Below, in pieces: positions 63,646 to 64,000 of a stretch of 64,000 nucleotides of DNA. The stretch is from an uncultured Desulfosarcina sp. (GTDB lineage: Bacteria > Desulfobacterota > Desulfobacteria > Desulfobacterales > Desulfosarcinaceae): the NCBI GenBank assembly GCA_963674945.2, contig CAXXWQ010000002.1, forward strand, positions 192,001-256,000, in the 5' to 3' direction. The notes under the pieces are model-generated. The model saw only the letters and a program-made list of their open reading frames with translations. It did not search any database and had not been told where the DNA came from. The position numbers were made by a program, and so were the translations under genes. Position 1 is the first letter of the stretch. Every line of letters begins with the position of its first letter.

Positions 63646-63908
63646 TGATGCCTCCTACACGTGTTGCAGTTATCGGTCAAATATCCCGTTGGCGGCTTCG
63701 ATTCCGCCATCCGGTCCTTGTCAGATCGCTCGTTTTAAAAAAAAGTCTGTCCCCGAAATGGGGAAGGGATGGTGCAAGGTCAGCGTTACATTGACGTAGC
63801 GGAAATTTAATTCGAAAATTGTCGTTGTCAAGGCAGACGAGAAAAAAAATTAGTAAAACAAATACAGATGGTTATTGTACGTTGTAGGTCGCTGCGGCGG
63901 TAGGCGAG

Positions 63909-64000
63909 CTATCTTGTTGGACTGCCCTTAAAGGACCGTTTGTCCAGTTCGTATTTGTTCATCAGCTTGTTCAATTGCCGTGTGCCCACGCCTGCCTCCA
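63909..64000 (-). CDS. C-terminal Fis-type HTH of a probable sigma54 regulator (partial, runs off window)
   Basis: EAGVGTRQLNKLMNKYELDKRSFK followed by a stop. Confidence 0.6.
   Translation of the reverse strand, partial: EAGVGTRQLNKLMNKYELDKRSFKGSPTR

Overview
A 64 kb chromosomal window whose gene content and order resemble a sulfate-reducing deltaproteobacterium (Desulfobacterales/Desulfosarcina-like; this is an inference). Most of it is housekeeping: lpxC-DUF4390-ntrY/ntrX-like-rsmD-coaD-LysR, comM, purN, trxA, bamD, rpmB, rel-proS-ispG, the rpiB-glyA-dCMP deaminase-nrdR-ribD-ribE-ribBA-ribH-nusB block, tsaA, trpB2 and groES-groEL. Accessory loci are an octaheme HAO-like cytochrome, a sigma54-preceded PEP-CTERM gene, a sigma54 LolA-like/MMPL locus with a collapsed chimeric gene, a CbbQ/NorQ-VWA pair with no client gene in the window, DUF533-AIM24, TlpA-peroxiredoxin and a selenocysteine formate dehydrogenase (fdhAB-fdhE, split by the ORF caller at the UGA). 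The best novelty candidates are: (1) an NhaD antiporter with an in-frame PAS domain, followed by a CGGC protein; (2) a 70-nt four-way-junction RNA whose loops are complementary to the Shine-Dalgarno of a small ORF just downstream (riboswitch-like); (3) a dispersed ~115-185 bp element family with a covarying structured core carried between two different terminal inverted repeats; (4) heptamer-flanked dispersed elements. I recognised no tRNA, rRNA, CRISPR array or intact transposase. All family assignments come from motif recognition by eye, not from database searches.
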